Part shown: positions 11,189-18,837 of the stretch, in pieces
Position numbering within the stretch: the stretch's first letter is position 1
How the letters are laid out: every line of letters starts with the position of its first letter
Assembly: GCA_046716885.1 (NCBI GenBank)
Contig: JBKJWL010000238.1
Location: 30,830 to 94,829 of the forward strand
Length of the DNA: 64,000 nucleotides
Direction of reading: 5' to 3'
From: Thermoanaerobaculia bacterium
Lineage (GTDB): Bacteria > Acidobacteriota > Thermoanaerobaculia > UBA5066 > Gp7-AA6
Position numbers and translations under genes: made by a program
Notes under the pieces: model-generated
What the model saw: only the letters and a program-made list of their open reading frames with translations
Told to the model about the DNA's origin: nothing
Database searches by the model: none

Positions 11189-11668
11189 ATGCCCTTCTCC
11201 CCGGACGACGAGCACTTCATGGGCGAGGCACTGGCGTTCGCGCGGATCGCCTATGCGGAGCAGGAAGTGCCCATCGGCGCCGTCGTCGTCCGAGGGGGCC
11301 GGATGATCGGACGGGGCCGCAACCGCCGCGAGCGCCTTTCCGACCCCACCCATCACGCCGAGATCGAGGCGCTGCGTGAGGCGGCCCGGGAGGCCGGGAC
11401 CTGGCGCCTCGAGGACTCCACGCTCTATGCCACGCTGGAACCCTGTCCGATGTGCGCGGGGGCCGCCGTCAACGCCCGCATCGCGCGCATCGTCTACGGC
11501 TGCACGGATCCCAAGGCCGGCTACTGCGGCACGCTCGGCAACATCCCGCAGGACGCGCGCCTCAACCACCGCTGCGCCGTCGAAGGCGGGCTGCTCGGCG
11601 AGGAGTCCGCGGGGCTGCTCCGGCAGTTCTTCCAGGCGAAACGCATTGGCGGAGAGGGTGGGCTTTGA
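11189..11668 (+). CDS. tadA: tRNA-specific adenosine deaminase TadA (A34 to I34 on tRNA-Arg ACG)
   Basis: 159 aa cytidine/deoxycytidylate deaminase fold with zinc-binding HAEIEAL and PCPMCAGA motifs. The size and motifs are typical of TadA. It lies 45 bp downstream of its tRNA-Arg(ACG) substrate. Confidence 0.9.
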   Translation: MPFSPDDEHFMGEALAFARIAYAEQEVPIGAVVVRGGRMIGRGRNRRERLSDPTHHAEIEALREAAREAGTWRLEDSTLYATLEPCPMCAGAAVNARIARIVYGCTDPKAGYCGTLGNIPQDARLNHRCAVEGGLLGEESAGLLRQFFQAKRIGGEGGL

Positions 11669-11755
11669 CGCCGTGCTCCGCACGACGTGCCCTACCGCCG
11701 GGGGGATACCTCTGGCGGTCGGGTGAACCCACGACTCGGGGCGGACTCAGACTGT

Positions 11756-11845
11756 TGGCGGAGAGGGTGGGATTTGAACCCACGAGACCCTTTCGGGCCT
11801 ACCGGTTTTCGAGACCGGCCTGATCAACCACTCCAGCACCTCTCC
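11756..11845 (-). tRNA. tRNA-Ser (anticodon CGA)
   Basis: The reverse complement reads GGAGAGGTGCTGGAGTGGTTGATCAGGCCGGTCTCGAAAACCGGTAGGCCCGAAAGGGTCTCGTGGGTTCAAATCCCACCCTCTCCGCCA. It has a long variable arm, anticodon loop CU-CGA-AA, T-loop TTCAAAT and an encoded CCA. Confidence 0.88.
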
Positions 11846-11978
11846 GCAGTGGTGGAACGGCGCATCCTAGCCGATTCGCCGAGTGAAGTCAGTTTCGGAG
11901 AGCTCCCGTGTTGAGTCGCAGGCGAGTAAGCGCCGGCCTTCGGCCGACGCTGCCTACTGCTGGGGGTCTTCCTCTGAT

Positions 11979-12025
11979 GGCCGGCTCGAGACCGGCCTGA
12001 TCGACCACTCCAGCACCTCTCCGCA
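11979..12025 (-). pseudogene. Truncated degenerate copy of the tRNA-Ser 5' half (acceptor/D/anticodon region, no T-arm)
   Basis: The 47 nt ggccggctcgagaccggcctgatcgaccactccagcacctctccgca nearly matches 11811..11847 of the intact tRNA-Ser. The flanking block ...atcctRgccgattcSccSnnTGAAGTCAG is also duplicated (11865..11889 vs 12100..12127). Confidence 0.6.
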
Positions 12026-12176
12026 GGGGTGGAACTCGCGAGCCGACCACCGAAGGCAACCCCTCGTCAGCAGGCAGCGCCGCCCTTGGGCGGCGCTCAT
12101 CCTGGCCGATTCCGCCCGCTGAAGTCAGCAGCCGAAAACCGCCGCTCGACGAATCCGTAATAATGGCGAGCTCCGC

Positions 12177-13103
12177 ATGGAAAACGCGATCGAACTGACG
12201 CACGTCTCGAAATCCTTCGGCCGTTTCAAGGCCGTGGACGACCTGTCGCTCCAGGTCCCCCGGGGAACCATGTTCGGGCTGCTCGGGCCAAACGGCGCCG
12301 GCAAGACCACGACGATCCGGATGATCATGAACATCACCGCGCCCGACAGCGGCGAGATCCGGATCCTGGGCCGCCCGATGGACCGCGCCATGCAGGACCG
12401 CATCGGCTACCTTCCCGAGGAACGCGGCCTCTACCGGAAGATGAAGGTGATCGATCATCTCTACTTCCTCGCTGCCATCAAGGAGGTCTCGCGTGACACC
12501 GCCAGAGAGCGCATCGCAGCGTGGCTCGATAAGATGGAGCTGCGGCCCTGGCTCAACAAGAAGGTCGACGAGCTCTCCAAGGGCATGCAGCAGAAGATCC
12601 AGTTCATCGCGACAATCGTCCACGATCCCGAAATCCTGATCCTCGACGAACCGTTCTCGGGCCTCGATCCCATCAACGTTGCCCTGATGCGCGACTACTT
12701 TCTCGACTTCCGCGCCCGCGGCAAGACCATCATCTTCTGCACGCACGTGCTGGAACAGGCCGAGAAACTATGCGATGAGATCTGTCTGATCACGCGGTCG
12801 AAGAAGATCCTCGAGGGCTCGCTGAAAGAGCTGAAGCGGCGCGACTCCGAGGGGCTGATCCGCCTTTCCGCCGACGCCACGCTGGCCGAAATCGGGGGTC
12901 TTCCCGGCGTGGCCACCGCGAAGGCCGCCGACGGCGGCTTCGTGATCAGCCTGGCGCCGGGTGTGGACCGGCGCGAGTTCCTGAAGCGCGCGCTCGACCG
13001 ATTCCCGATCGAGGCCTTCTCCAACAGAGAGCCGGACCTGGAAGAGATCTACCTCGACGCAGTCAAGGGCGCCGGTCTGGAAGAGACCCGCGCCATCGAA
13101 TGA
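12177..13103 (+). CDS. ABC transporter ATP-binding protein (ABC-2 exporter type)
   Basis: It has Walker A GPNGAGKTTT, signature LSKGMQQK, Walker B ILILDEPFSGLD, an H-loop and an ABC-2-type C-terminal domain. Confidence 0.9.
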   Translation: MENAIELTHVSKSFGRFKAVDDLSLQVPRGTMFGLLGPNGAGKTTTIRMIMNITAPDSGEIRILGRPMDRAMQDRIGYLPEERGLYRKMKVIDHLYFLAAIKEVSRDTARERIAAWLDKMELRPWLNKKVDELSKGMQQKIQFIATIVHDPEILILDEPFSGLDPINVALMRDYFLDFRARGKTIIFCTHVLEQAEKLCDEICLITRSKKILEGSLKELKRRDSEGLIRLSADATLAEIGGLPGVATAKAADGGFVISLAPGVDRREFLKRALDRFPIEAFSNREPDLEEIYLDAVKGAGLEETRAIE

Positions 13104-13110
13104 GGCCGGA

Positions 13111-14442
13111 GTGAACTGGAAAAAGATCTTCGCCATCATCCGCCGGGAGTACCTCGAGCGGGTGCGCACCAAGGCCTTTTGGATCGCGACGCTCCTGATC
13201 CCGGTGCTCTTCCTCGGGTACATCGCCATCCAGATCGCGATCTCGCGGAAGACCGGAGGCGAGCGCAAGCTCGTCGTTCTGGACCCGACCGGCGCCCTCT
13301 ACGCGCCGCTGGCCCGGGAGCTCGCGGAGACCGAAGTTCGCGAGAAGAAGGAAGCCTCCGGCTCCCGCGGCCCGCACTGGGAGCTCGAGCAGCACCCCGT
13401 CGCGGGCAGCCTCGCCGAGACGAAGGAGGCTCTGCGCAAGCAGGTCCTCGAAAAGACGATCAACGGCTATCTGGTCCTCGATCCCGCGCTCCTCCAGAAG
13501 GAAGAGGTCGAGTACTACTCGACGACCGTTTCGGACTTCATCGCTCTCAACCAGCTTCAGTCGGCGGTGAATCGCGTCTGGATGCGTCAGAAGATGGCCG
13601 CGCGGGGGCTGCCCGCCGACCTGACGGCGGAGCTCGAGAAGAGCATCAACCTCCGGCCCTTCAAGGTGACCCAGAAGGGCACGTCCGAAGAGAAGGGCGC
13701 CGGCATCCTGGCGGCCCTCATCTTTCTCATCCTCATGTACTCGACCTTCTTCATGTACGGCTACCAGGTCATGCGGGGAGTCATCGAAGAGAAGAGCAGC
13801 CGCATCGTCGAGATCATCATCGCGTCCGTGCGGCCGACCGAGCTCATGCTCGGGAAGATCATCGGGATCGGCCTCGTCGGCCTCACACAGTATTTTGCCT
13901 GGTCGCTCGTCGCGATGAACCTGTCGCTGCCCGCCATCGCCACTCTCCTTTCCGGCGGCGGCGACCTGGGCGTGCCGCGCATCCCCCTCTCGATGCTCGG
14001 CTACTTCATGCTGTTCTTTCTGCTCGGCTATTTCCTGTACGCCAGCATCTACACGACGATCGCCGCGCCCTTCAACACCGATCAGGAAGCCCAGCAGTTG
14101 GCCATGATCCCCATGATGCTCATCCTCAGCGGGTTTCTCTTTTACCCGGCCGTCATGAACAACCCCAATGGCGGTGTGGCCGTGTTCTTCTCAATCTTTC
14201 CGTTCACCGCCTCGCTCGTGATGTTCTTCCGCACGGCTCTCTCGGAGCCGCCTCTCTGGCAGATCGCCCTGTCGATCGCGCTGCTGATCGCGACGACGGT
14301 CGCCCTCGCCTGGTTCGCCGGCCGCATTTATCGCGTTGGCATCCTGATGTACGGCAAGAAGCCCACGATTCCCGAGATCCTGCGCTGGGCCCGCTACTCT
14401 CCCGGCAAGGCCCCGCAGCCGGAGGTCAAGCGGGCGTCCTAA
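13111..14442 (+). CDS. ABC-2 family transporter permease
   Basis: 443 aa with an N-terminal TM, a ~170 aa extracytoplasmic domain and then 5 TM segments. It starts 8 nt after the ATPase gene. Confidence 0.8.
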   Translation: MNWKKIFAIIRREYLERVRTKAFWIATLLIPVLFLGYIAIQIAISRKTGGERKLVVLDPTGALYAPLARELAETEVREKKEASGSRGPHWELEQHPVAGSLAETKEALRKQVLEKTINGYLVLDPALLQKEEVEYYSTTVSDFIALNQLQSAVNRVWMRQKMAARGLPADLTAELEKSINLRPFKVTQKGTSEEKGAGILAALIFLILMYSTFFMYGYQVMRGVIEEKSSRIVEIIIASVRPTELMLGKIIGIGLVGLTQYFAWSLVAMNLSLPAIATLLSGGGDLGVPRIPLSMLGYFMLFFLLGYFLYASIYTTIAAPFNTDQEAQQLAMIPMMLILSGFLFYPAVMNNPNGGVAVFFSIFPFTASLVMFFRTALSEPPLWQIALSIALLIATTVALAWFAGRIYRVGILMYGKKPTIPEILRWARYSPGKAPQPEVKRAS

Positions 14443-14510
14443 TCCGGCGCGGTGTCCTGGGAGGAGGGTTGCCGGCCCTCACTCCCTGTGCTACTTTTCC
14501 CGCCCCGTTC

Positions 14511-14585
14511 GGCCCATTCGTCTAACGGTTAGGACGCGGCCCTCTCAAGGCCGAAATACGGGTTCGATTCCCGTATGGGCTACCA
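14511..14585 (+). tRNA. tRNA-Glu (anticodon CTC)
   Basis: GGCCCATTCGTCTAACGGTTAGGACGCGGCCCTCTCAAGGCCGAAATACGGGTTCGATTCCCGTATGGGCTACCA shows Glu-type TTCGTCTA..GGTTAGGAC D-arm architecture, anticodon loop CU-CTC-AA and an encoded CCA. Confidence 0.85.
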
Positions 14586-14665
14586 CGATCTTCCGCACTC
14601 GTAAGTGCTTGCAGCACCAAGGGTTCGCAGGAAGGACTTTCCTCTACCCCATGTGGGAATCGAAC

Positions 14666-14712
14666 CCTAAGGCGACGAGCGAGTCCGCTGCACGCGCTTG
14701 TTAGCTGGCTCG
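14666..14712. repeat. Structured ~45 nt element (imperfect palindrome, copy 1) immediately 3' of the DinB-like gene
   Basis: ggcgacgagcgagtccgctgcacgcgcttgttagctggctcgcc has outer arms GGCGA(C)GAGC / GCTCGCC with a bulged base. Its core GAGTCCGCTGCACNCGCGTGTTAG is shared with copy 2. Confidence 0.55.
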
Positions 14713-14731
14713 CCTTGGAGCTTGGCAGTCT

Positions 14732-15246
14732 TTAGGTTGCGCCGGGCATCTGTTTGCAATGGTGGCGAGTGTGAATCGCGGTATACCTCACGAGGTCTTC
14801 GACCGACACGGTACCGAAAGCGCCCACCACGACGTGTTGGCCACTGGCGGCCCGTCTACGGCATTCCTGGTCGAACCTGGCGAACGCCCCTTCCAGGCGG
14901 ACGCGCGCCTCAGCCGGCGTGGCCGGTCCGCTAGTAGGGTTAAGCGCCTTGTGGGCCTTAAACCCCTTCGGAAATACGCCCTTCTTCAAGGTCCGGTTGA
15001 AGATCAGTCTGGCCAGCGGGCGCAGGAGCAGGAGCAGGAAAGCGGGGGGCATCGGGATCGACGGAGCACCGGAAACGATGTTGGCCCCTTCTTCCAAGCC
15101 ACCCGCCACATGCTCCACGACCTGGCTCGGCGACCATTTCCCCGGCGCGCGCGGCGTAGTCCAAGTCGCCGCTGATCTCTCCGCAGCCGAGACAAGGTCG
15201 AGGACGGCGGCGCGATTGTCCGCAAGCACATCATTGATATCAGCCA
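14732..15246 (-). CDS. DinB/YfiT-like (DinB_2, DUF664) family protein
   Basis: 171 aa from the ATG at 15246, preceded by GGAGG. The sequence MADINDVLADNRAAVLDLV...WSPSQVVEHVAGGLEE...YTAIHTRHH shows the DinB_2 four-helix-bundle His-rich pattern. The gene lies in the lower-GC islet. Confidence 0.55.
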
Positions 15247-15321
15247 TGGTAAACCTCCAGTGAACCGGTAATCGCCCTGAACGAGCCAACTAACGGGTGG
15301 CGGGTCAGCGGCGAGTGACGA

Positions 15322-15365
15322 GCCGAAGGCGAGGAACGAGTCCGCTGCACCCGCGTGTTAGGCCT
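15322..15365. repeat. Structured ~45 nt element (copy 2) immediately 3' of the small membrane-protein gene
   Basis: ggcgaggaacgagtccgctgcacccgcgtgttaggcctcggcc has the same conserved core as copy 1 and lies in the same orientation, 650 bp away. Confidence 0.55.
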
Positions 15366-15765
15366 CGGCCACATTTGCAACCTTCCTTCGCGCCCGAATG
15401 AATACTGACGCCGCCAGCGCCATCGTCCCAATGCCCCACGCGAAAGTGTCCCCCCTGTATTCACGGTTTGCGGCTTCTCGGACGATTGTGGCAGTCGGGT
15501 GGTCCCGGAGGTAGTTTTGGGCGAAAGGCTCGCTGACGCTAAGGTGAAACCACAGGGTGAGTAGCCCGCAGATAAGCAGAGTGCTGCCCAGAATCACGTG
15601 AGAAGGAGCGAAGCGGCGATTCCGGCCCAGGCTCGAGCCACCCCTAGATCTCCGAAAGAGAGATGCCAACTCGATCACGGCTAGAGCCACGCAGATCCAA
15701 GCGAGCGGCCACAGAATCGCCCTGTAAGGAGGCCCGAGCGAGACGTGAATCGGGTCAAAGGTCAT
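15358..15765 (-). CDS. Hypothetical small integral membrane protein (3 predicted TM segments)
   Basis: 135 aa ORF with the hydrophobic stretches ILWPLAWICVALAVIELASLF, VILGSTLLICGLLTLWF and WGIGTMALAASVFI. It lies in the lower-GC islet. Confidence 0.4.
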   Translation of the reverse strand: MTFDPIHVSLGPPYRAILWPLAWICVALAVIELASLFRRSRGGSSLGRNRRFAPSHVILGSTLLICGLLTLWFHLSVSEPFAQNYLRDHPTATIVREAANREYRGDTFAWGIGTMALAASVFIRARRKVANVAEA

Positions 15766-16169
15766 GGAGGGTTGCTGGTCCTCCCGAGGCCTAACATGTG
15801 CTTAGACAGCCCAAGTTTTCGACGCAACGCCGCTGTGGCCGCAGTCTAGTAAGCCACCGGGGGTCAGTTGGGCTGCAGATTCCGCCGCCTAGCTCTCGGG
15901 CCACTCGTGAACGCCGACTTTTCGCCATCAGTCTTCGAGGGCTCTCTTCCCGAATTCTACGCCCCAATCCCTTGTCGGGCAGTCGTTAACGCCATCGGAC
16001 GGAGGTTCCTCACAGGGCGCGAAGTGTCGATTCCGCCCATTATTCTTCGCGAGGCGGACGCAACCGAAGCCAATGCGAGATCAGCAGTCTCGCAAGTGCT
16101 CTTACTGCACTTTTGAGCTCGTCGGGGTTCGCCGGAATGCCCGTATGGGCTACCAACCCTCGCCTCTGT

Positions 16170-16272
16170 CAGCCACCGCCGCGTCCTACGGACGCGACCC
16201 TCTCAAGGCGGCAACTTTGAGCTGCGCGCCCCCCCGGGCGCGACACGGGTTCGATTCCCGTATGGGCTACCA
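16170..16272 (+). pseudogene. Degenerate tRNA-Glu copy with an insertion in the variable region
   Basis: It contains gtcctacggacgcgaccctctcaaggcgg (compare tRNA-Glu gtctaacggttaggacgcggccctctcaaggccg), then a 33 nt insert carrying the hairpin gcgcgccccccccgggcgcg, then an exact 3' end acgggttcgattcccgtatgggctacca. The anticodon stem is disrupted (CGACC/GGCGG). A second 3'-end fragment ...cccgtatgggctacca sits at 16127..16155. Confidence 0.6.
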
Positions 16273-16360
16273 GTTCCAGTTCCTTGGTCGACCCACACGG
16301 CCCCTCCTCGCATCGGGGTCATCCTGAGCATAGAATCGGCGCCAAATTGAGGAGGAAACC

Positions 16361-16852
16361 ATGAAGACTCGATTCGTCTCACTCTTGCTCTTGGGCGTCT
16401 TGGTGGCCGTCGGCTTATCCGCGCAGACGAAGACCTCCGGTACGGCCACGTGCAAATCGGATCCCGCTGCCCCGCCCCCGGTTGCCCTCACCGACAAGCC
16501 CAACCACTCCTTCGTGGTCGGCAAGGCCCAGTGCACCTGGACCAATTTTGCGGTGGCGGGCCTGCAGTATAAGGATGGCACCTCCACGTCTCTGAATGAG
16601 ATCACGGGCGACACGAGTTCGTTCAACGGCTATCACGTGGCCACGATGACCAACGGCGACACGACGGTCTCCAAGTTTCAGGGCTCGGGCAAGGTGAAGG
16701 ACGGACAGCCCGTGAGCGGCGAGGGCACCTGGAGCTTCACGAGCGGCACCGGGAAGCTGAAGGGCATCAAGGGCAAGGGCACCTTCAAGGGCACGGCCAA
16801 CGCGGACGGGAGCATGACGTACCAAGTCGACGGCGAGTACTTGCTGCCGTAG
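16361..16852 (+). CDS. Hypothetical secreted protein (Sec signal peptide)
   Basis: The N-terminus MKTRFVSLLLLGVLVAVGLSA|QT is a signal peptide. The mature part is Gly/Thr/Lys-rich (GTWSFTSGTGKLKGIKGKGTFKGTANADGS). The gene has lower GC and is preceded by AGGAGGAAACC. Confidence 0.5.
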   Translation: MKTRFVSLLLLGVLVAVGLSAQTKTSGTATCKSDPAAPPPVALTDKPNHSFVVGKAQCTWTNFAVAGLQYKDGTSTSLNEITGDTSSFNGYHVATMTNGDTTVSKFQGSGKVKDGQPVSGEGTWSFTSGTGKLKGIKGKGTFKGTANADGSMTYQVDGEYLLP

Positions 16853-16967
16853 TAACGCCCTATCCCCGGCTTGCGCGACCTCGCGAGCAGAATCTCCGGC
16901 GGATGTTTGACGTAGTAATCCGCCCGAGAGAATAGCTGAACGCTTACGCTCCCTCCGGAGCGACACG

Positions 16968-17419
16968 TTGCCTCACGTCTTGAAGGCGAAGAGGTCTGGG
17001 ACCTCCGGCTATACGAGTTACGGCCGGCAGTACCGTATCCTCGCCGGCGGCAAGCCGGACCTCACGGGCAGCGCCGACCCCGCCTTCCGCGGCGAGCCGG
17101 ACAAGCACAATCCCGAGGACTTCTTCCTGGCGGCCATCTCCGCTGCCACATGTTGTTCTACCTGTCTCTGTGCGCTCGGAAAGGCGTCCCCGTTCTGGCT
17201 TACGAAGATGAAGCCCACGGCACGATGCAGGTCGAGGCCAGGGGAGGCGGGAAGTTCGAACAGATCACGCTGCACCCGAAAGTGGTCATCGAAAGCGAGG
17301 AGAACGCGGCGCTGGCCGCCCAGTTGCACGACACGGCTCACGAGCTCTGCTTCATCGCCGACTCGTGCAGCGTTCCGATTCGGCACGAGGCGACGGTGAA
17401 GGCTTCGCCGAGGAGTTGA
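16968..17419 (+). pseudogene. OsmC/Ohr family peroxiredoxin-like gene interrupted by a -1 frameshift near 17145
   Basis: The frame-0 N-terminus ...GGKPDLTGSADPAFRGEPDKHNPEDFFLAAISAA is OsmC-like. The OsmC continuation CHMLFYLSLCARKGVPVLAYEDEAHGTMQVEARGGGKFEQITLHPKVVIESEENAALAAQLHDTAHELCFIADSCSV is in the -1 frame (ORF 17150..17419). The two pieces abut at gctgccACAtgttg. Confidence 0.65.
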
Positions 17420-17421
17420 TC

Positions 17422-17826
17422 ATGAAGGATCTGACGATCGCGCTCGAGAATCGACCCGGCGCTCTGGCCGAGATGGGCGAAGCCCTCGGACGCGCAGGGG
17501 TGAGCATCGAGGGCGGTGGCGCATTCGTCGTCGACGGCCGCGAGGTCGCCCACTTCCTTTTCGAGGATGGAGCCGCCGCTCGCAGGGCACTGGAGGCGGC
17601 AGGCATCCGAGTCCTGGAGGAGCGGGACGTGCTCGTCCAACGCCTGGACCAGGCGGAACCAGGCCAACTCGGCAAGATCTCGCGGCGGATGGCCGACGCG
17701 GGAGTCAACATCGAAGCGCTCTACAGCGACCACGATCACCAACTGATCCTCGTGGTCGACGACATCGCGGCCGCGCGTGCGGTATCGGAAGCGTGGACGC
17801 GCGACTGGGCCCGAACAGTCGGTTGA
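17422..17826 (+). CDS. ACT domain-containing protein (tandem ACT folds)
   Basis: The start MKDLTIALENRPGALAEMGEALGRAGVSIEG follows GAGGAG, and a second repeat GQLGKISRRMADAGVNIEAL occurs later. This is the ACT small-molecule-binding fold. Confidence 0.6.
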   Translation: MKDLTIALENRPGALAEMGEALGRAGVSIEGGGAFVVDGREVAHFLFEDGAAARRALEAAGIRVLEERDVLVQRLDQAEPGQLGKISRRMADAGVNIEALYSDHDHQLILVVDDIAAARAVSEAWTRDWARTVG

Positions 17827-17846
17827 CGCTCTCGGGGGTTGGATCG

Positions 17847-18665
17847 CTACGAGCGGCCTGCCATGAGAGCGTTGATCTCGGGGTAGGACATCGCCCCTTC
17901 GGTTGCCGGGTCGAAGGCTCCAGACCGCAGGAAAGCAGCGGCCAGCGACGCGGTCTTTGCGAAGACAACCTCGGCGATTCCCGCTCCCGCACTGAAGCGG
18001 CGAACGCCCAGTACCTCCAGTTCGGCCGCGGGCGGCAAGCCGGGCCAGGCCATGACGTTCAGCGGCAGTCGCGACGCCTTCGAGATGGCCCGGATCTCGG
18101 CGGCCTCCGTCAGACCGGGCACGAAGATCCCGTCGGCCCCCGCGGCGCGGTAGCGCTCGGCGCGCGCCAGCGTCTCCTCGACCCGGCGATCCGTCGGGGC
18201 GAGACCGCGGAGGTAGACGTCCGTGCGGGCGTTCACAAACAGGTCCACCCCGAGCCGGACGCCGGCGCCCTTGGCCCGCTCGATCTTGGCGCAGAGCAGG
18301 TCCGGGGCGCCGGAGCCGTCCTCGATGTTGATCCCGACGGCGCCCGCGTCGATCACGGCGCCGACCGTCTCGCCGACGGCAGCGGCGTCGTTCGAATAGC
18401 CGCCCTCCACGTCGACGCTGAGCGGCACCCTCACCACTTCCGCGATCTCACCAACGGTCGCCAGCAGCAGCCGCACCGGCAGCAGGTCTCCGTCCGCATA
18501 GCCGTGAGACCAGGCCACCCCGGCGCTGGTGGTGGCGAGCGCCTTCGCGCCGAGGCTCTCGATGAGCCGGGCGCTCCCAGCGTCCCAGGCGTTGGGCAGG
18601 ATGAGCAGGCCTTCCTCGTGCAGTCGGCGAAAGAGCCGGGCGACCTCAGAGTTTCGAGAAGTCAT
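17847..18665 (-). CDS. Isocitrate lyase / PEP mutase family protein (methylisocitrate-lyase / carboxyvinyl-carboxyphosphonate phosphorylmutase-like)
   Basis: 272 aa with LPNAWDAGSARL, GVAWSHGYADGDLL and GINIEDGSG..PDLL motifs, which are the ICL/PEPM TIM-barrel signature. Confidence 0.75.
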   Translation of the reverse strand: MTSRNSEVARLFRRLHEEGLLILPNAWDAGSARLIESLGAKALATTSAGVAWSHGYADGDLLPVRLLLATVGEIAEVVRVPLSVDVEGGYSNDAAAVGETVGAVIDAGAVGINIEDGSGAPDLLCAKIERAKGAGVRLGVDLFVNARTDVYLRGLAPTDRRVEETLARAERYRAAGADGIFVPGLTEAAEIRAISKASRLPLNVMAWPGLPPAAELEVLGVRRFSAGAGIAEVVFAKTASLAAAFLRSGAFDPATEGAMSYPEINALMAGRS

Positions 18666-18837
18666 TGGGTAATTCTCTCCTGAGTTCGAACCTTCAGACG
18701 GCCGACAGCAGCAAGCTGGCCCCTGCCGAGGCAGTCCCCGACCGTCGGGATTTCGTCTGTGCGCGCCCCTCCAAGACGAGGGTCAGCATCCGGGCGCGGG
18801 CCGGCTCGCCGGCCGTGCCCTCTGTAGAATCGCGATC

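Noticed and set aside
14641-14668. Possible minus-strand tRNA next to tRNA-Glu (GGGTTCGATTCCCAC T-arm-like sequence)
   Set aside because: It cannot be folded into a cloverleaf: the T-stem is only 3 bp and there is no matching acceptor strand. It is treated as a tRNA-derived fragment.
14666-15365. Calling the two structured repeats bona fide integron attC sites
   Set aside because: Only one copy shows a clean RYYYAAC inverse core and neither shows a clean GTTRRRY core. No intI or attI was seen in the window. They are reported as cassette-like repeats only.
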